A DNA stretch of 64,000 nucleotides. Source: Raillietiella orientalis (Eukaryota). Made by a program: the position numbers and the translations under genes. The first letter of the stretch is position 1, and each line of letters starts with the position of its first letter. The notes beneath the pieces were generated by a model. That model did not search any database, had not been told where the DNA came from, and saw nothing but the letters and a program-made list of their open reading frames with translations. Location: contig JAYWIR010000006.1 of NCBI GenBank assembly GCA_036172245.1, positions 2,356,001 to 2,420,000 on the forward strand, read 5' to 3'. This document shows, in pieces, positions 50,751 through 64,000 of this stretch.

Positions 50751-52399
50751 ATCTGAATTGCTTTCGGGAAAGGATGTAGGGTATGGAGTGAATGTACAGT
50801 ATGGATGTGGGATGCCTTTATTGGTCTTCGATTTACGGAACCGATGTTCTGACTAAACTGTTAAGGTTGGTAATGTGAAGCTATAGCGGGAACGACAGGA
50901 AAAATAGGAAGTATGAGGGAGATAAAACTTGTCTGAGAGGCAGGAGCGATGAGGCAGTAGTTTGGGTTCTTCGGGTCATGTGAGAAATGAGAAGGGCTTT
51001 CTTTTTTTTTTTTTTTAAAGAATAGGAGAGGGATGATAGAAGAGGAGGAATTTGGTAGGGTGGAAGGATTGCTTGATGTCGGTCGTCGTAGTGTTGGTTT
51101 TTTGTAATATGGCGGGGTAGGACACGGATGGATGGTGTTCCGATGTTCAAGGTTGTCAGAGTGGTCTTGAGTGCTAGACTTATGTAGAGATTTATAAGGG
51201 TCGATTTTTTAATCTATTCTTTGAAAGTGAGATGGTTCTTATAGTGGTGATTGTGGTGGGAAGGGACTATCAGAGAAAACACTGTGGAGCCAGGGTTTAT
51301 ATGCCCATGCATGCTAAGGGTTTCTTTTTTGGTCTGTGTGATTAATTTTGGGAGGGATGTAGGATTCATCGTAAGAACGGTGGAAAGTAATTCATGGAAG
51401 AAAGGGGTGAATTGGAGTGTCTTTTGTGCAGTTACCGGAGTATGGGCTTCCTAAGGCTCATGCGGAGTTCTTACGGTTCAGTGATTCTTGAAGACGTCAC
51501 GTTGCGGCTGGGAAATCATGGGGTAGTGCAATTATTGAGGAAGCATAATTATGCAATTACAAGGTTACATTAATTTGGTAGGAGTTGGGATGTTGGGTGG
51601 TGTGGCGAGGGAACCAATGGGTTTTCGGCACGTGGATTATAAGGTGATGGCATATTCTTCATTCTGTCACATAAGAGGGATTGTAGGTGGAAGGTTAGTG
51701 GAGGCAGAAGGAGGAATGGTAGGGCGTGTGGTGTTGATGGGTGCTAATGGTTTTTTTTTTTTTTGTGAAATATGATGCGTAAATTCTTCGGGAGACCATC
51801 TAAACATCTGAAGGGTGGTGCAAGGGTAGGATTTAGTGGATTTGGAGGCTGCATTGGCTCGGGGATAGCGTCCACATCCGGAGGAGGCTCAAGTGTTACA
51901 GAGTCAAATGATAAAGCAGGCTTAATGAGTTGCATAAGTAAGGAGATAATGAGACTAATTAAGAGGGAAAGTAAAAGAACTGAAATCTTTGTGAAGAGAC
52001 AAAAATCAAGTAGGGCCCATGGCAATCACTTAATGATTCACTTCCTTAACAAGGTAACTTCGAGGACTTCTAATCCTTGACTAGTTAAGGATTGTTATGA
52101 GCGTTACTTCATTTCTTAATTAAAATGAAAGTTTCTGCTTGCAAAACAAATGTTATTATTTTGGTTATAAGTTTAACGCTTTTCTAGATTATGAATAAGC
52201 TCTAAATTATGGATAATTTAGTGATATTATTATTGTAATTTGAGTAATTGTAATTTTAATTTGGAGGCACATCTATCATTAACAGTGTGGTATGCATAGG
52301 TTTAACTCAAATGTTCTCAAGATTTCTGCCTTGAAGGGATAATGTGTTATATCAAAAGGAAAATTAATTATTGGAAATTATTTGCACTGTATATACTAA

Positions 52400-53560
52400 A
52401 AGAGTATGATGATAGGTATAGGAAGAAGAGAAAGAGAGAGACTGAGAAACCGAAGAGAAACCGAGGTCCACGGAATATCAACATCACAGAGGAAGCTCAA
52501 AGGAGAGGCGATGAATGTGATTAAGAGGGAGTGTAGGAATTTGCAGTGATGAAAGACTGAGGCAGGGAGGCCAGCAATTCCATGAAGGCCGTGGACTCCT
52601 CTAGCAACGAAAAAAAGAAAAGTGGAACCGAAGATGGAGCCTGTCATGGAGGGTCTCAGAATAAAATATTCTATAGTTTGAGTAATGATAAACCAGAAGC
52701 CTGCAATGGAATTTTATTTTATTTTTTTCTCTCTCCCTCTGAACAGAGAGTGATGTGATTGAAATTCCCCATCTTAGGAGAAGAGCTACGTTGAGGAGTG
52801 GTACTTCAATAGCGGATGGTACAGAAGCGTAGAGGGGAGTTCAGGAAAGGTTGAATTTGTGACGCGGAGGAATGATCAAAAGAAAAGATGGCATCAGGCA
52901 AATGGAAAGATTCCTAAAGGAATGAATGCGACTGCTGCAAATTTGAATGGGTTCATCGGGAGGACGCCGATGAATGAGGATTTCCGTTTTACGCCTTTCC
53001 CCCAAAGGAATCTGCTCCCGATTATGGCACCAACGTCGTCATCCAACTTATAACCACCATTTTACCATCACATCTACTACCACTACCGAGGACGGAGTAT
53101 ATTTCTAGGAGTGGAATAAGGAGAGGTGGATGTGTCGGGGTTCCTCTTGGGGTGAGGTTGGTGAGAAAGTGCGAGAGGTAGGCATAATAGATGGAGACGA
53201 GCTGTCTAGAGGTTCGCAGTGGCATGGTTAGGAAGAGAGATATGAAGAGATGGACGTGGTATGATGGCAATGTGTATGGCGCGAGCCTTGATTGGTCAAT
53301 AAGGAAGAAGGTGGAGGATAAGGCAATGAAAGTTTCCATGGAGACGTAACTTTGTGTATGTAAGTTGCTGTTGTTGGTTCCTGGTAACAGTTTAATGGAT
53401 CGAATGAAAATGAGTATAACTGAAGGTGAGACATGGATTTAAGTCCAATGTGATGTTTGATAGACAGTGAACTCATAGATGACCGATGGTTGGCTGGTTG
53501 TTGATTAGCTCATTCTAAGATTATGAACCGCAATAAAGGGTCATACAGGGTGTGAGAACC
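52400..53560 (-). mobile_element. Decayed I/Jockey-like RT fragment, copy a
   Basis: Homologous to 54.3-54.8 kb (GGTTGTTGATT.G..CATTCTAAGA..ATGAAC); FA(D)D-like remnant near 52.89 kb. Confidence 0.45.
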
Positions 53561-55070
53561 CACATCCTATATGACTCTAGGCACTCTACATACTCTGTAT
53601 ATATAATAAGATGACGGCAATGTATGTAATGAGATGGAGAGGCGAGGAGTGGGTGGAGGGATTGAATGGAATGAAAATGGAACTTCTGGTAGTCGGCATT
53701 TTGCTTTTGAATATTCGGTGGTAATGGTAGATATGAAGGGAAAAGGGTGCTTATAAGGTGGATGGCGATGGTTGTGAAACAATAAAAGATAAGGAGTCAG
53801 TATATGGGTATTAAGTGTGGAATAGGGTGGATCGATTCCAGGATTTGCCGTGGCAATTACGACTTGAGTAAATATTGCTACTTTTTAACTAAAACTGCAA
53901 TAGTTGGTTCTCGTAAGACAATCGTGGGGATTGATGGACCTGAGTTGGATGCTTGTCTGAGTCCCTGTGACTTGGAGGCACAAATTTCGGAGCATTGGCC
54001 GAAATAGGAGAATTCCTGGTTTATCTAGGATGATACACTGTTGGGGAACACGTGTAGGAATATAATAGATTTGAATTCCTGGAGAGGAAACAGCTCGCGG
54101 ATGCAGGACATCTGAGGATGTGATGATTGTGGGGATTGTTGTGTTGTTTGGTATGAAGAGAGGATCATCTGTGGTGAGGAGACGTCAGTTGTTTTTGCTG
54201 AGAATTATGGACGAGTCGGAACTGATGCCTTTAAAGTCTCAATGTCTGTTGAAGAAACCCAGAATCATTGGTTTTCCATGGATGTGGTTATAGGAGAGAT
54301 TAAATGGTTTCCCGTCCACGAGGCAGAGGATCTGAAGAAAGGAATGTGATTAGTTTCTGTCAAGGGAATGAGTAGTGAGAGGGCCTGTGAGGGGATGGAA
54401 CTTCAAATGAATCCTTCGAGGTGACTGTCGAGTAGGAGGAGGTTGGTATGTGAGTTTGCGAGATAGGTAAAGATGTTCTGTAGAATTGGTAGGCAAGTGG
54501 TATTGTTATGATGGTTAGTCGTGCAAGAGGATGAGGTGTTCCACGAAGGGGAAGGGAGGTTTAGAATACGAATGAGAGTGCAGCTGGATATCATATGTAG
54601 ACTTTAAGTCGAGTGCATTAATTCCGCCATATCCGAACGATGATGGAGCATTCCAAGAATGGGTGCACTGTAGAGGGAAAGTGGTGAAGTCATTTTACTG
54701 GACTGATGTTTGATAGATCATCAACGGATTGTTGGTTGTTGATTGGTACATTCTAAGACGATGAACAAGAGAAGGAGTGCGGAGATGAGGGTGTCTAGTG
54801 ATGGTATCGAGTTTCCTTGGCTAAAGATGTCTGTTTAAACCAATTAGCGTCGTGGTACTCTAAGTCCTAGGAAGTGTTTCGGGAAGAAGGCCACGTCAGC
54901 TCCGATGAATATTGCGATGAATTGGATATTGAAAATGGAGCAATTGAAGAATAAACCAGTTATTAAGGACGGCAGGATTGTTTTTTGTTTTTTCGTCTGC
55001 ATGGACCGTTTGTAGAGGATGCACAGGATACTCAATTGCTGAACTACTACCTCCAGCCAGTGTATATGTA
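53561..55070 (-). mobile_element. Decayed I/Jockey-like RT fragment, copy b
   Basis: VLECTNQ (LER.IN-like), SSIPSQALS (GIPQGS.LS-like), CIILDK (LGIILD-like) in order; strong purine/pyrimidine strand skew. Confidence 0.5.
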
Positions 55071-55120
55071 TGAGTATATCTATTGAAGGTAGTGCCCGGT
55101 TGGGCACACTACCTTCAATT

Positions 55121-55389
<269 letters not shown>

Positions 55390-56029
55390 AAATCCTTACA
55401 CCGTTTATATATATACACATATATATCAAATTCTTACTCCTTTCTCCTCCTTAGATTTTGTACACATACATGTACAAAATCTTTACTCCTTATACACACA
55501 AACACATATATAAGGAATAAGGATTTTATTTCCTCGGTTTTGAAAGAGCATCTGTGTAACCCAATACACTTGGGTCCCCGGAAAGAAAACTGGATTGTTC
55601 TTGAAAAATTTCTTCCAGCATGCTCTGGCTTCCTGGGGCAGATCAGAGGTCAAGAATATGAGGACGAGGAGAAAGGTGAATTCGTCATCAAACAGTCCGT
55701 CCCACATGCGAGACGTCGCCTCTCGGTACCGCCGTCGGCCGCGGGTTCGGGGCGCCCCGCCCCACCAGAGAAGCGGGAGAACGAGGCACACCTCAGCGGG
55801 AAAGGGCGCTTCCTCAGGTTCGGTGGCTCCGGACGAAGACGAGCGAGCGTCGCTCCTTCGCTAGCGGCAAGGGATCGAGGTCGGATGGATAACAGGGCAG
55901 GGAAGGCGGGGGAGTCACCGCTGCGCCCCGTGCAGTTGGTGGTCTCCGAAGAAGGACGGTGGGAATCGGATGTTCCTGCAGAAACAGGGTCACCTACAGG
56001 ACCTCGGTAGATCGTGGGTGTTCCTGTGC

Positions 56030-56600
56030 TGTGACAGCATGGCCCATCACAGCATCACAGCTGGACAGTCCTCCCAGAGAGATCTTCTTGCGCCTGAGGA
56101 TGTGGACCGGGACGCTGTCAACAATGGAGTCCAGGAACCCTGCACATTACTCTGAGACTCCCACCTCGCATCCGACTGGAGCTGGGCAGGTGTGTGAACC
56201 TCGGACCATGAGGCCTACGACTAAGCCCTTCTTGTGCTTTGCCTCTGGGAGTCTATCTGAAACCGATGGTCCAGTTCACGCACCACGTGGAATACCTCAC
56301 CCTGTCCCTTGGAGGACAGTGTCCATCTCTTGCCTTGGAAATTCTAGTCTGCAAGATATGCTTTCTTTGCGAGGTTTTTGTATCCCTTGAGGGCACGTTG
56401 CAGCCCAAAGTGCGTGCTCCTTTCCACTCGAAGTTTTCTCTAGTAGTGCCATCTACCGGCGACAGAGTTCCAGGTCGAGGCTTCCTGCTTCCTTCAGTGA
56501 TCTCAGTGCGACCTTCCCTCTACGGAGTCTGGGTGGAGAGCCTCTAGCTTTCTTCCGCTTCCTCTTGTCGGAGGTCTTGTGGAACTCTCCTTCTGATGCT
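56030..56600 (+). mobile_element. Decayed LINE RT C-terminal fragment
   Basis: MAHHSIT (AYADDIT-like), LGVY, LSLGG..LVCK and YGVW in order. Confidence 0.45.
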
Positions 56601-57097
56601 GCGACCGGGAACGGACCACTCGAGTGAGGTGAGAAGCCAACTTGCAGCGATGGAACCAGTGAATGCTTCAGGAAATTTTTGGATCACTGCAACGGTCGAA
56701 CCTACCGGCGACGGACCCTTCGCAGTCAGGAAGGAAGGAGATGAAGGGTTCTTTCAGGTCCAGCCTCGCATCGTTCAGGGGAAGATGAAAGAAGAACCTT
56801 ATAGAACCCCTATTACTTCCGACAGCCCTTGGGGAGCGAATCGTTTTTAGCCTCCGTTTCCCGAAGGGACTACGGGGCATTAGCTGCTATAGGGAAGTGA
56901 AGGGGACGAGGAAACAAGTCCATCTGCTCCGTTCCCATTCCCATTCCATTTTTTGGATTCTTCACCACTTGTCACTGCGAGCTCCTCGAGGTAGATGAGG
57001 AAGGATGTTTCCTTTGCCTGTCGTCAACCCCTTTTCGTACGCAAACGTCACATGGGACTCGCGGAGGTTTCGGCAAGCTATCCGCCCCAGCATTTGG

Positions 57098-58700
57098 TTT
57101 ATCATCTGATCACGCCGGGGCGTTTATTATAAAAAAATAAATACACGTGTGTAGGACTTTCGCCCCTACATCGTCCGAAAATGCTTGGAATCCGCCGAGT
57201 AACCGGCACGCCGGTCTTGTAAGATTCCCAGCAGCTCGTCCCAGCGCTACAGTCCCTTCGGTGGGGCACTTGGGGTCGCAGCGACCGTGAGCTGACCCGT
57301 GGTCCAGCCACCTAGTTCCCTCGTCTTCTGACTGATTTCGCAACTGACTTCCCATTAGTCGTCTGGTTACTGTTCAGGTGCTCCCTGAGCGAGGGTAGTG
57401 TTGCGGCTAGGGAGGTTCTTTGCGCCCACGTCCACGTGATGGGCTGCACGATGACGCTCTGCAGCGAGTGGTTGTTGTAGGAGGAATGCAGCAGTCGCTG
57501 CCGCATCTCCGGGCTCGCTTCGTAGTCCTTGGCCCATGTGCGAACGGTTACCTGCAACCGGGCACTACCGTTCGCCAGCCGGCAGAAGATCCAGTTGTTC
57601 GTTCTGGTCAGTTTGGCCACTCTCCGGGGCTCCAGTCCTCAGCGGGACACGTTGCACCTGCCCCGCCGCGCCAGTAACGAAGGCAGTCCAGCGTAGCCGG
57701 TGGCTAGCTTGACCAAGTATCGTGCAGGCTCGCATCAGTTCGTGCTGCAAAGTTTCACTACGAGGGCAAGCATCCTCCACTGGAGCTGCCGTTCCAGGCT
57801 CTCTACTGTCAGGAGGTCGAGGCCTCCTGACAGTAGAGAGCGTCGCGACGCTAGCGCATAAGTCCTTCAGGCGGACTGGGGGACTCCCTGTGCCTCAGAG
57901 GGCGATTCTGAGGAGGTCCTTCATCCGCCTTTCAATGCTACTGGGTGGGGGAAAACAAAAAGCAGGGGGCAGAAGAGGGAGGTCATGAACGTGTTCCACA
58001 CTGCGGCTTGTTCCGGCAAGAAACTTGTCACCCTGAAATGGGCCGATCGCCGACTGCGCCTTCTGGACGAAGCCTCCGCCGGAGCATAGTCCTCCATCGG
58101 TACACCGAGGTACTTATAGTATCAAACAGTGAGGATCCCTGAGCATTTGGTGTGCAACTTGCTGCTGTCCTGCCCCCGAGATTCGAACGTGAGAGAAAAT
58201 TGCGAGTCTGCACGCGCTTTGATCTCTACATTAGCAGCGTCCAGAAAGTGCGTGAAGACGTCTGTGCCCGCCCGGGTTTCCTGGAGCTCCTTGACAGTCG
58301 TGTGTCGAAACCGAAATTCCTCCAGATGGCATTGCCATGGGAATTTACGGGTTCGCAGGACAGACGATCTCGTCAACGATCACCGAGTGGGAGGGTGCTT
58401 TGCTCACTCGCATTCTTACGAATTGCCGGCAACAATGCCTCATTCCCTGGCAACCTCCGCTCAGCGTTCCCATTGTTCTTTCTCTCCTCCACTAACAATG
58501 CATGGTTCCCTGGCAACCCTTCGAGCCCTCTCTCTCATTCAGCTCGTTTGGGCTGCCTGCCGATCGTAGTACTGGCCTAGGTAAGCTTTGCTCCGCCGCG
58601 TAGCCGAAAGAATGGCGAGGAGGACTTTCGGCTTCCCTGACGGCCACCCGAGCGCGTGCAGGATAGCTCCATCTCCTGATCTCCTGGAACCACGGGGAGA
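57098..58700 (-). mobile_element. Decayed Tx1/L1-like LINE (RT motif 4 to 3' terminus)
   Basis: SGGRQGS..SSPF, IVDEIVC (YADDI-like), KCSGI (KYLGI-like), GGLDL, and a conserved 3' terminus with AATAAA. Confidence 0.75.
57798..57841. repeat. Perfect hairpin, 19-bp stem and 6-nt loop, inside decayed ORF2
   Basis: GCTCTCTACTGTCAGGAGG-tcgagg-CCTCCTGACAGTAGAGAGC. Confidence 0.95.
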
Positions 58701-59313
58701 GAAACGCCAGAAGAAATAGGAGAAATCTGAATTTCCAAGTTCGGCGAGCGTAGAAACACGCAGCTTCTCGGCAGATTCCGCACCGGAAGGAAGGGGAATC
58801 GAAGCTCCCTCGAAGACTCGCAGTGGTGTTTCCACGGCGGCGGATCTCCTGAGCGCGGGTGCTTCCGAAGGAAGGACTCCAAGACGAATCTTCTCCTTTT
58901 CTGACGCGTTCCTTTGTATCTCTCCTCCCTCCTTCCTCCTCTAACTTTTTAGCCGCGGCAGCTCCACCCGGTTCCCAAGAAGTTGCCGTTCTTTTTCTCT
59001 CAAGAAGTTAGTCGTGATCGCAGAGGCTCTTTTGTGTGCGTCCCAGGAAGCAGCAGCCTTCGCGCACCAGAGATCCACGTGACACTGCGGTGCCTGTCAA
59101 AAAAAAACCGGATGTTGAGATCGCGGAGGATCATAAAAATAAATACGTATGCTTATTATGTATTTATATTTATTAGAAATCTATATTTAATAAATATATA
59201 AATAAAGAATTATAAAAAAATAAAAAAATGACAATGACAAAAATAGTGTGGAAAAAATGAAATAAACGTAATAAACACGTGTGTTTATGCATGTTTATAC
59301 ATGCTATTAATCA

Positions 59314-59688
59314 CAGTGGTACCTCGGTACTCGACGCTGTCGGAACTCAGCAAGCTCAGTACTCGTCGCATTTTGACGAGGAAAAAAATGTTTCGACACT
59401 CGGAGGCGCATGCTTAGAACTCGACACCCCACTTTCATGATGAAACAAATGAAGGTTTTCGTCTCGTGATAGCTCGCGGACAGTACCAAACACTTCCATA
59501 GAGTGTCCCCCGAATAGTTCCTTTTTTGTGTGTGTGCTTTGTGTGCATTTAAAGCGTTAATTTATGGGTCCTGAAATAGTTAAAAATGATATCACGAAGC
59601 CTAGAAAGGGACTCGTTCGGTACTCGTCGGTTTCGGCACTCGTCACGAGTTCCGGAACGAATTACCGACGAGTAACGAGGTGCCACTG
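59314..59688 (-). mobile_element. Tc1/pogo(Tigger)-type MITE, copy 2
   Basis: CAGTGGTACCTCGGTACTCG...CGAGTAACGAGGTGCCACTG followed by TA; near-identical to 34902-35277. Confidence 0.9.
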
Positions 59689-61719
59689 TATATTAATAGC
59701 ATGTATGTTGAAATAAATACGCATATTTATACATGATGAGCACGTAAATTTGTCTTTTAGGCTGATTCGAGGTTTCATATTCCGGATTTCGGAGTCTGGG
59801 ACGATGCCCCAAACCCACGCACTGCTGCCCCTGCGTTCGCCAGTGCCCGAGCGTTCCGATGCCACCAGGTGATGTCACCGCCGCCCTCACTCCAGCATCC
59901 CAAAAAGGCTCTCTCCTTCGCCTCCTTTCTCCTACTCGACGCCTCTTCGTGGAAAAGAGTGTTCTGGAAGGTGACCCGCCTCCGACCGAGAGACTTGCTA
60001 CGAGGGCAGCGGAATCGTGGGCCGACCTGCTAGACGAGGGGCGAGCGCGAAGGTTGCTGCGGCTGCGGGGCGCGCCTCTGCCTCCCGGTCCTCCCCGGCT
60101 CGTCTTCCCTCAGGGGATAATCAAGGAGCCTCCAGGAGGAGAAGGATGGCGTCTAGCAACCACGGCTGAGGAGTGGCCCTTCAGATTTCACAGTAAGTGG
60201 ATCGTCCACGTTCGTCTGAGGTCCGGAAGAGGAACGAATGGACCTCCGTGCCCGAGAGGACCACCCCACCCTTCACAAGCAGACAGAAGAAAGGCACAGG
60301 AGGCCTTCAAGGCATCCTCAAGGAAGGACGAAAATGCCGTCATGGAAACGAAGGGAGGAGGAAGCTCATAGAGGAACCAATGAGAGATCAACGATGAGGT
60401 CTCCCGTCGGATCCTTGAGGGACGGGATCTTTTTAGCAGATCGACGCAAAACGAGGCAGGCAGCCTCCAGAGAACCAAAGCGAAGAGCGGAGAGAGACCT
60501 TGAAGTCCCCGCGCGCTGGGAAAGAGGCAGAAGTCGCATCAGGGAAAGCGCAGAGAGTTTCCGCAGGGAGACCGAAAAATCCTGACGTCCTTCGCATCGG
60601 CGCGCTCCCGTCCGTAACCTAGCAACGAGGATCCTCCCTCACGCGATTCTCCCGCGAATACTGGACACCCTCCCAGTCTCTCGTGCTCTGGGGTCTCCGT
60701 GCACGTGATGGGAACCGGGAGCAGACTCAAGACGCGGAGTCGCTCGAAGATCAGGTGAACAGTTTCCACGGCGACGCGCTCGCGAATGAGCCAACTCAGG
60801 TGGCGTCTGCCGTTCCTCCCCTTTTCTCTCCCCCTTTCCCCCTCTTCCTCTTCGACCAAGCCGCCAGATAAACGGCGCCTTCTCCTTCTCTCTTTCATGT
60901 CGCGGCCCAGCCTCCTGCCCTTCGCTGTTGTGGCTTCGCCGCCCCACAACCTGAGAGAGCACACTGCGGAGTTTTCCCACCAAGGGCGCTACGGAACGGA
61001 TTCATACAATGCAGAGGTGGGGATTAGAGGGATTCTGGATCCTAACGCGCAGCGCATCTCCCCCACTTCCCAAAGCAAAAGAGAATACTGCAAAGGCGCG
61101 GCAGTGGGGCCGCCTTGCCGTGTTGTGGCGCCTCGGAAGGTGGCTCGAGCTGCTGGGCTCCACCGGAGGCGGCAGCAGCCATCCCGAGGTCTCCTTCCCG
61201 CCTGGGCACGAAAAAGTCTGCAACGGCGGCTGGCGGACTGCAATGCTCCTTGCTCCTCCGTTCCTCGAGCGTATAGGGGACAGGCTCGCTCCACCCGATG
61301 AATTCACCATGGTGCCTCTGCTTTCTCCAGACTTCTTCCCTGAGCTTCCCGCGGCACCTGTCGCGGAGGGAGGGGCATCGCTTGCAGCCCATCCTACGGG
61401 CAACCGGAAGGCGGTTGAACGGTAGGTAGAAACGGGGAGAAAGAGAGGTCCTTTCATCGGGCGGAGGGAAAGGCAGCCCTCGGGCAGAATAGATCAGGAC
61501 TTCTTCCGCTGAAGGACGTCCCAGATGCGCGTTCTTCCCGACCCTCTCATCGGCGGTGCAGGGTTCCCGGATACAAAAGGCCCAGAAGCTCCCACGACAG
61601 AGTCCACCCGCGACCCCGAAAGACCATCGGTGCTTCCCATCCACTGCAAAGGGCGCGATGGCGGACTGCTCCGTTTCTACCACTGCAGGGCTCCACCACC
61701 GCAGCTTTGGAACTGAGAG

Positions 61720-61784
61720 CTCCTGAGTGATTCGAACCCACTGCCTCGCGATCTCCGGGCTAGCTCTCCGGACTCGCGGCCACC
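61720..61784 (-). other. tRNA-like (A/B-box) remnant, possibly the head of another SINE
   Basis: Minus strand GGTGGCCGCGAG...GGGTTCGAATCAC. Confidence 0.35.
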
Positions 61785-62589
61785 TTCAAACTGCGCTCTT
61801 TCCACTTTACGTCAGATGAGGGCAGCACCACCTGCTGGTCCCGCGTGCTTTTCCCCCTCCGGCTGAAGACCGGAGGCAGCAGGTTCAGCGGACGCTCTTC
61901 CTAGACCGCGGTGCGTGAGGGAGAGCGCCATCCACGTTCTCATCTGTTCTGAGCGAGAGAGAGAAGCGTGGGAAGGAGGGAGGTCACCGTATAACCCGAC
62001 TCTTTCGTGGAGGACTCCTTCTCAGACTCGACTCGCACGGCCAGAGTCACCACTCTGCGGAATGACCTTTCAGCACGCGAGCTACTCCCCTCTGCTGCCT
62101 GCTCCTCCGGGACCTAGTTAGCCCGCTTGTACGTGTCCTTTCCTTCTTCCCGATCCTCCATGGTCAACTCACGAGGCCACGCTGTCAGTAGAGACGACCT
62201 ATCCCACCGACATCCGCGGAAGCGCTCTCCCATCCTGGAAGGGCGGGAACACACGGGCAGCCGATGGACCGGCTCGTGAGGGCGACGCCTCCCTCACCTG
62301 GATGACTCTCGGAGCCCAACGTTGCGAGCTCTCTCATGGGTCAGCGATCGGTAGCGAGTTATGGTGTCCGACAGAAAGACGTGGTCCTAGGGACCTTATT
62401 GTGGCTTGAGGCAACAGTTTCGTGGCTCCGGGCTCCACAAGCGCAAGCGAACCGCACATGCACGACGGTCTTCTAGGAGCACATGAGCAAGAGGAAAAAG
62501 AAGGAGGAGGAAGGAAAAAAGGGAGGGAGGTAAAAGGAAAAGGAAGAGAAGAAAAGTAGGATCTTCATTAGTGCCGCAGCTGCGTCGAG

Positions 62590-63400
62590 CTAGGCTGAGC
62601 TACTTCCGATTCTCTCAGCAATGCGCATCCTGGCAACTATGGCCTCAGGCGCCCTGACCTCTTGCCACGACTCGATAGCAGCCGACATCCCCACACAGAC
62701 CCTGGTGAACAAGAAAAGGGAATTTCTTGCTTCCGGGAACTCCTTGGAGAAACGCTGGTTTCCCACGGCCCGGCGTTACGAAGGACGCTTGGCAGTCCGC
62801 ATGTCGGGATGGTGGTCACGCTCCTGAATGCCATGCTGCCTGGGAGCGACTGAAGCCTCTCGCATGTCGCCCATAGGGTCAGCAGTACGAGCATGTTCAT
62901 CCTCCCAATGAAATCAGGAGGTTCGTCCGGATCCCACGGTCAGTGCCCAAGAAGGCAGCTGAAGGGACGGACAGGCAAGCCAGCTCTGCCGAACTCCGTC
63001 AGAAACCCAGCCGACGGTATTCGTGGTTTCCCCTGGGTTCACAGGGATCTCAGGATCCTAAGGACGACAGTGCGTGGAAAGCTCTAAGCACTTTCAAGAA
63101 CGGACGCGAACCAGCTCTGTTGAACGGGCGCACCACACAGAGTGTATATGCCCAGATCTTGCAGTTTCCAACGTCTTCATGCCCTCTTCACCCTTTCGTT
63201 CTTCCTGTCTTCTTGTTCTCGTTTCCAAGAATCATCTGTCTGCCACCACATCAACTAGCTCCAGTTCCCCTTAAGAGCAGATGTCCCGAGCGATCCGTCC
63301 ATAGGGAGTTGCCTCAACCCGTGGGTCCCATGGATATCTCGGCCATCTTCGACCAGCCACAGGGCACCTTGTCCTACGGGGGTGCCTCAGAAGCATCTCC
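62590..63400 (+). mobile_element. Decayed LINE ORF2 C-terminal region
   Basis: LEKRWFPT matches LETRWFPT at 39.0 kb; degenerate C..(C)GSH.YLGHL knuckle near 63.32 kb. Confidence 0.55.
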
Positions 63401-63489
63401 AGCTCTCCTGCCACCTCTTTATTTTGAAAGATGCTGGAGACAAGACTGTTAGGGAGCTGGGCATCCCTAGTCAACAAAGGGGGGGGGGG

Positions 63490-63860
63490 GACAGTCACGC
63501 AGCACCTCGTTTTACAAGGCGCCCTGTGGCTTGTTGCCCCCGACATCGGAGATAGCTGAGATACTCATGGGACCCACAGGCTGGTGTATCTCCCGATAGA
63601 AGAAGGGGTTCTTCAACCCTTCTTTTTGAGCCGTGCGTGACGCTGTTGCCAAAGCGACGGGTGAACGCGTCTTCCTCGCATCCGTGCGGGCCAGCAGCGA
63701 TAGCGCCGGCACGACTCTGCAGGGAGCCCACGTAAAGACTGCTGCGAATTCTTGGAGAGGGAAGAAGCGACTCTCCAGAGAAATTGCATTCCTGAGAGCC
63801 GTCGTTCCCTTCATTGTGGGGTCCGGGAATGAATTAAAACTCACAAAAGGAATCCTTTAA
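63490..63860 (-). mobile_element. Decayed LINE ORF2 C-terminal region, inverted relative to its neighbour
   Basis: GTGGGTCCCATG..TATCTC.GC.ATCT and AGCCACAGGGC.CCTTGT are shared in inverted form with 63315-63375. Confidence 0.55.
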
Positions 63861-64000
63861 TTCGATTCTGCGCTAAGGAGCCGCATACCTCCCTCCGCGT
63901 AAAGTTTGGATCCCCGAAACAGAAGTTTCCCTCGCAGACTTCGTTGGGAGCCGTTGATTATTCCACTCTTCTTCCTTCCGGTATCTCTGATGGTTTTGGC

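Noticed and set aside
58431..58519. Direct repeat AACAATGC..TTCCCTGGCAACC
   Set aside because: A small local tandem duplication within a dead RT; no further significance evident

Overview
Eukaryotic (probably invertebrate; not determinable here) repeat-dominated DNA with no confidently identifiable intact host gene. It is a nested graveyard of decayed non-LTR retrotransposons: many Tx1/L1-like ORF2 fragments (APE endonuclease, RT, C-terminal CxxC..E..H..C knuckle) and an I/Jockey-like RNase H-bearing element at about 47.6-55 kb. It also holds four copies of a ~640-bp SINE with a double tRNA-like (two B-box) head, three copies of a polypurine+core repeat, two near-identical Tc1/pogo-type MITEs, a long-TIR MITE and compound microsatellites. 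Most notable: (i) five LINE 3' ends lack poly(A) and abut YRGTTT (mostly YGGTTT), and two have readable TSDs, suggesting a target preference or an ACC(A)-primed insertion mode; (ii) several perfect 15-30 bp hairpins sit inside otherwise highly decayed DNA; (iii) retroelement fragments are strongly biased to the minus strand. All calls come from reading motifs by eye in frameshifted sequence, and boundaries are approximate unless a TSD or TIR is quoted.
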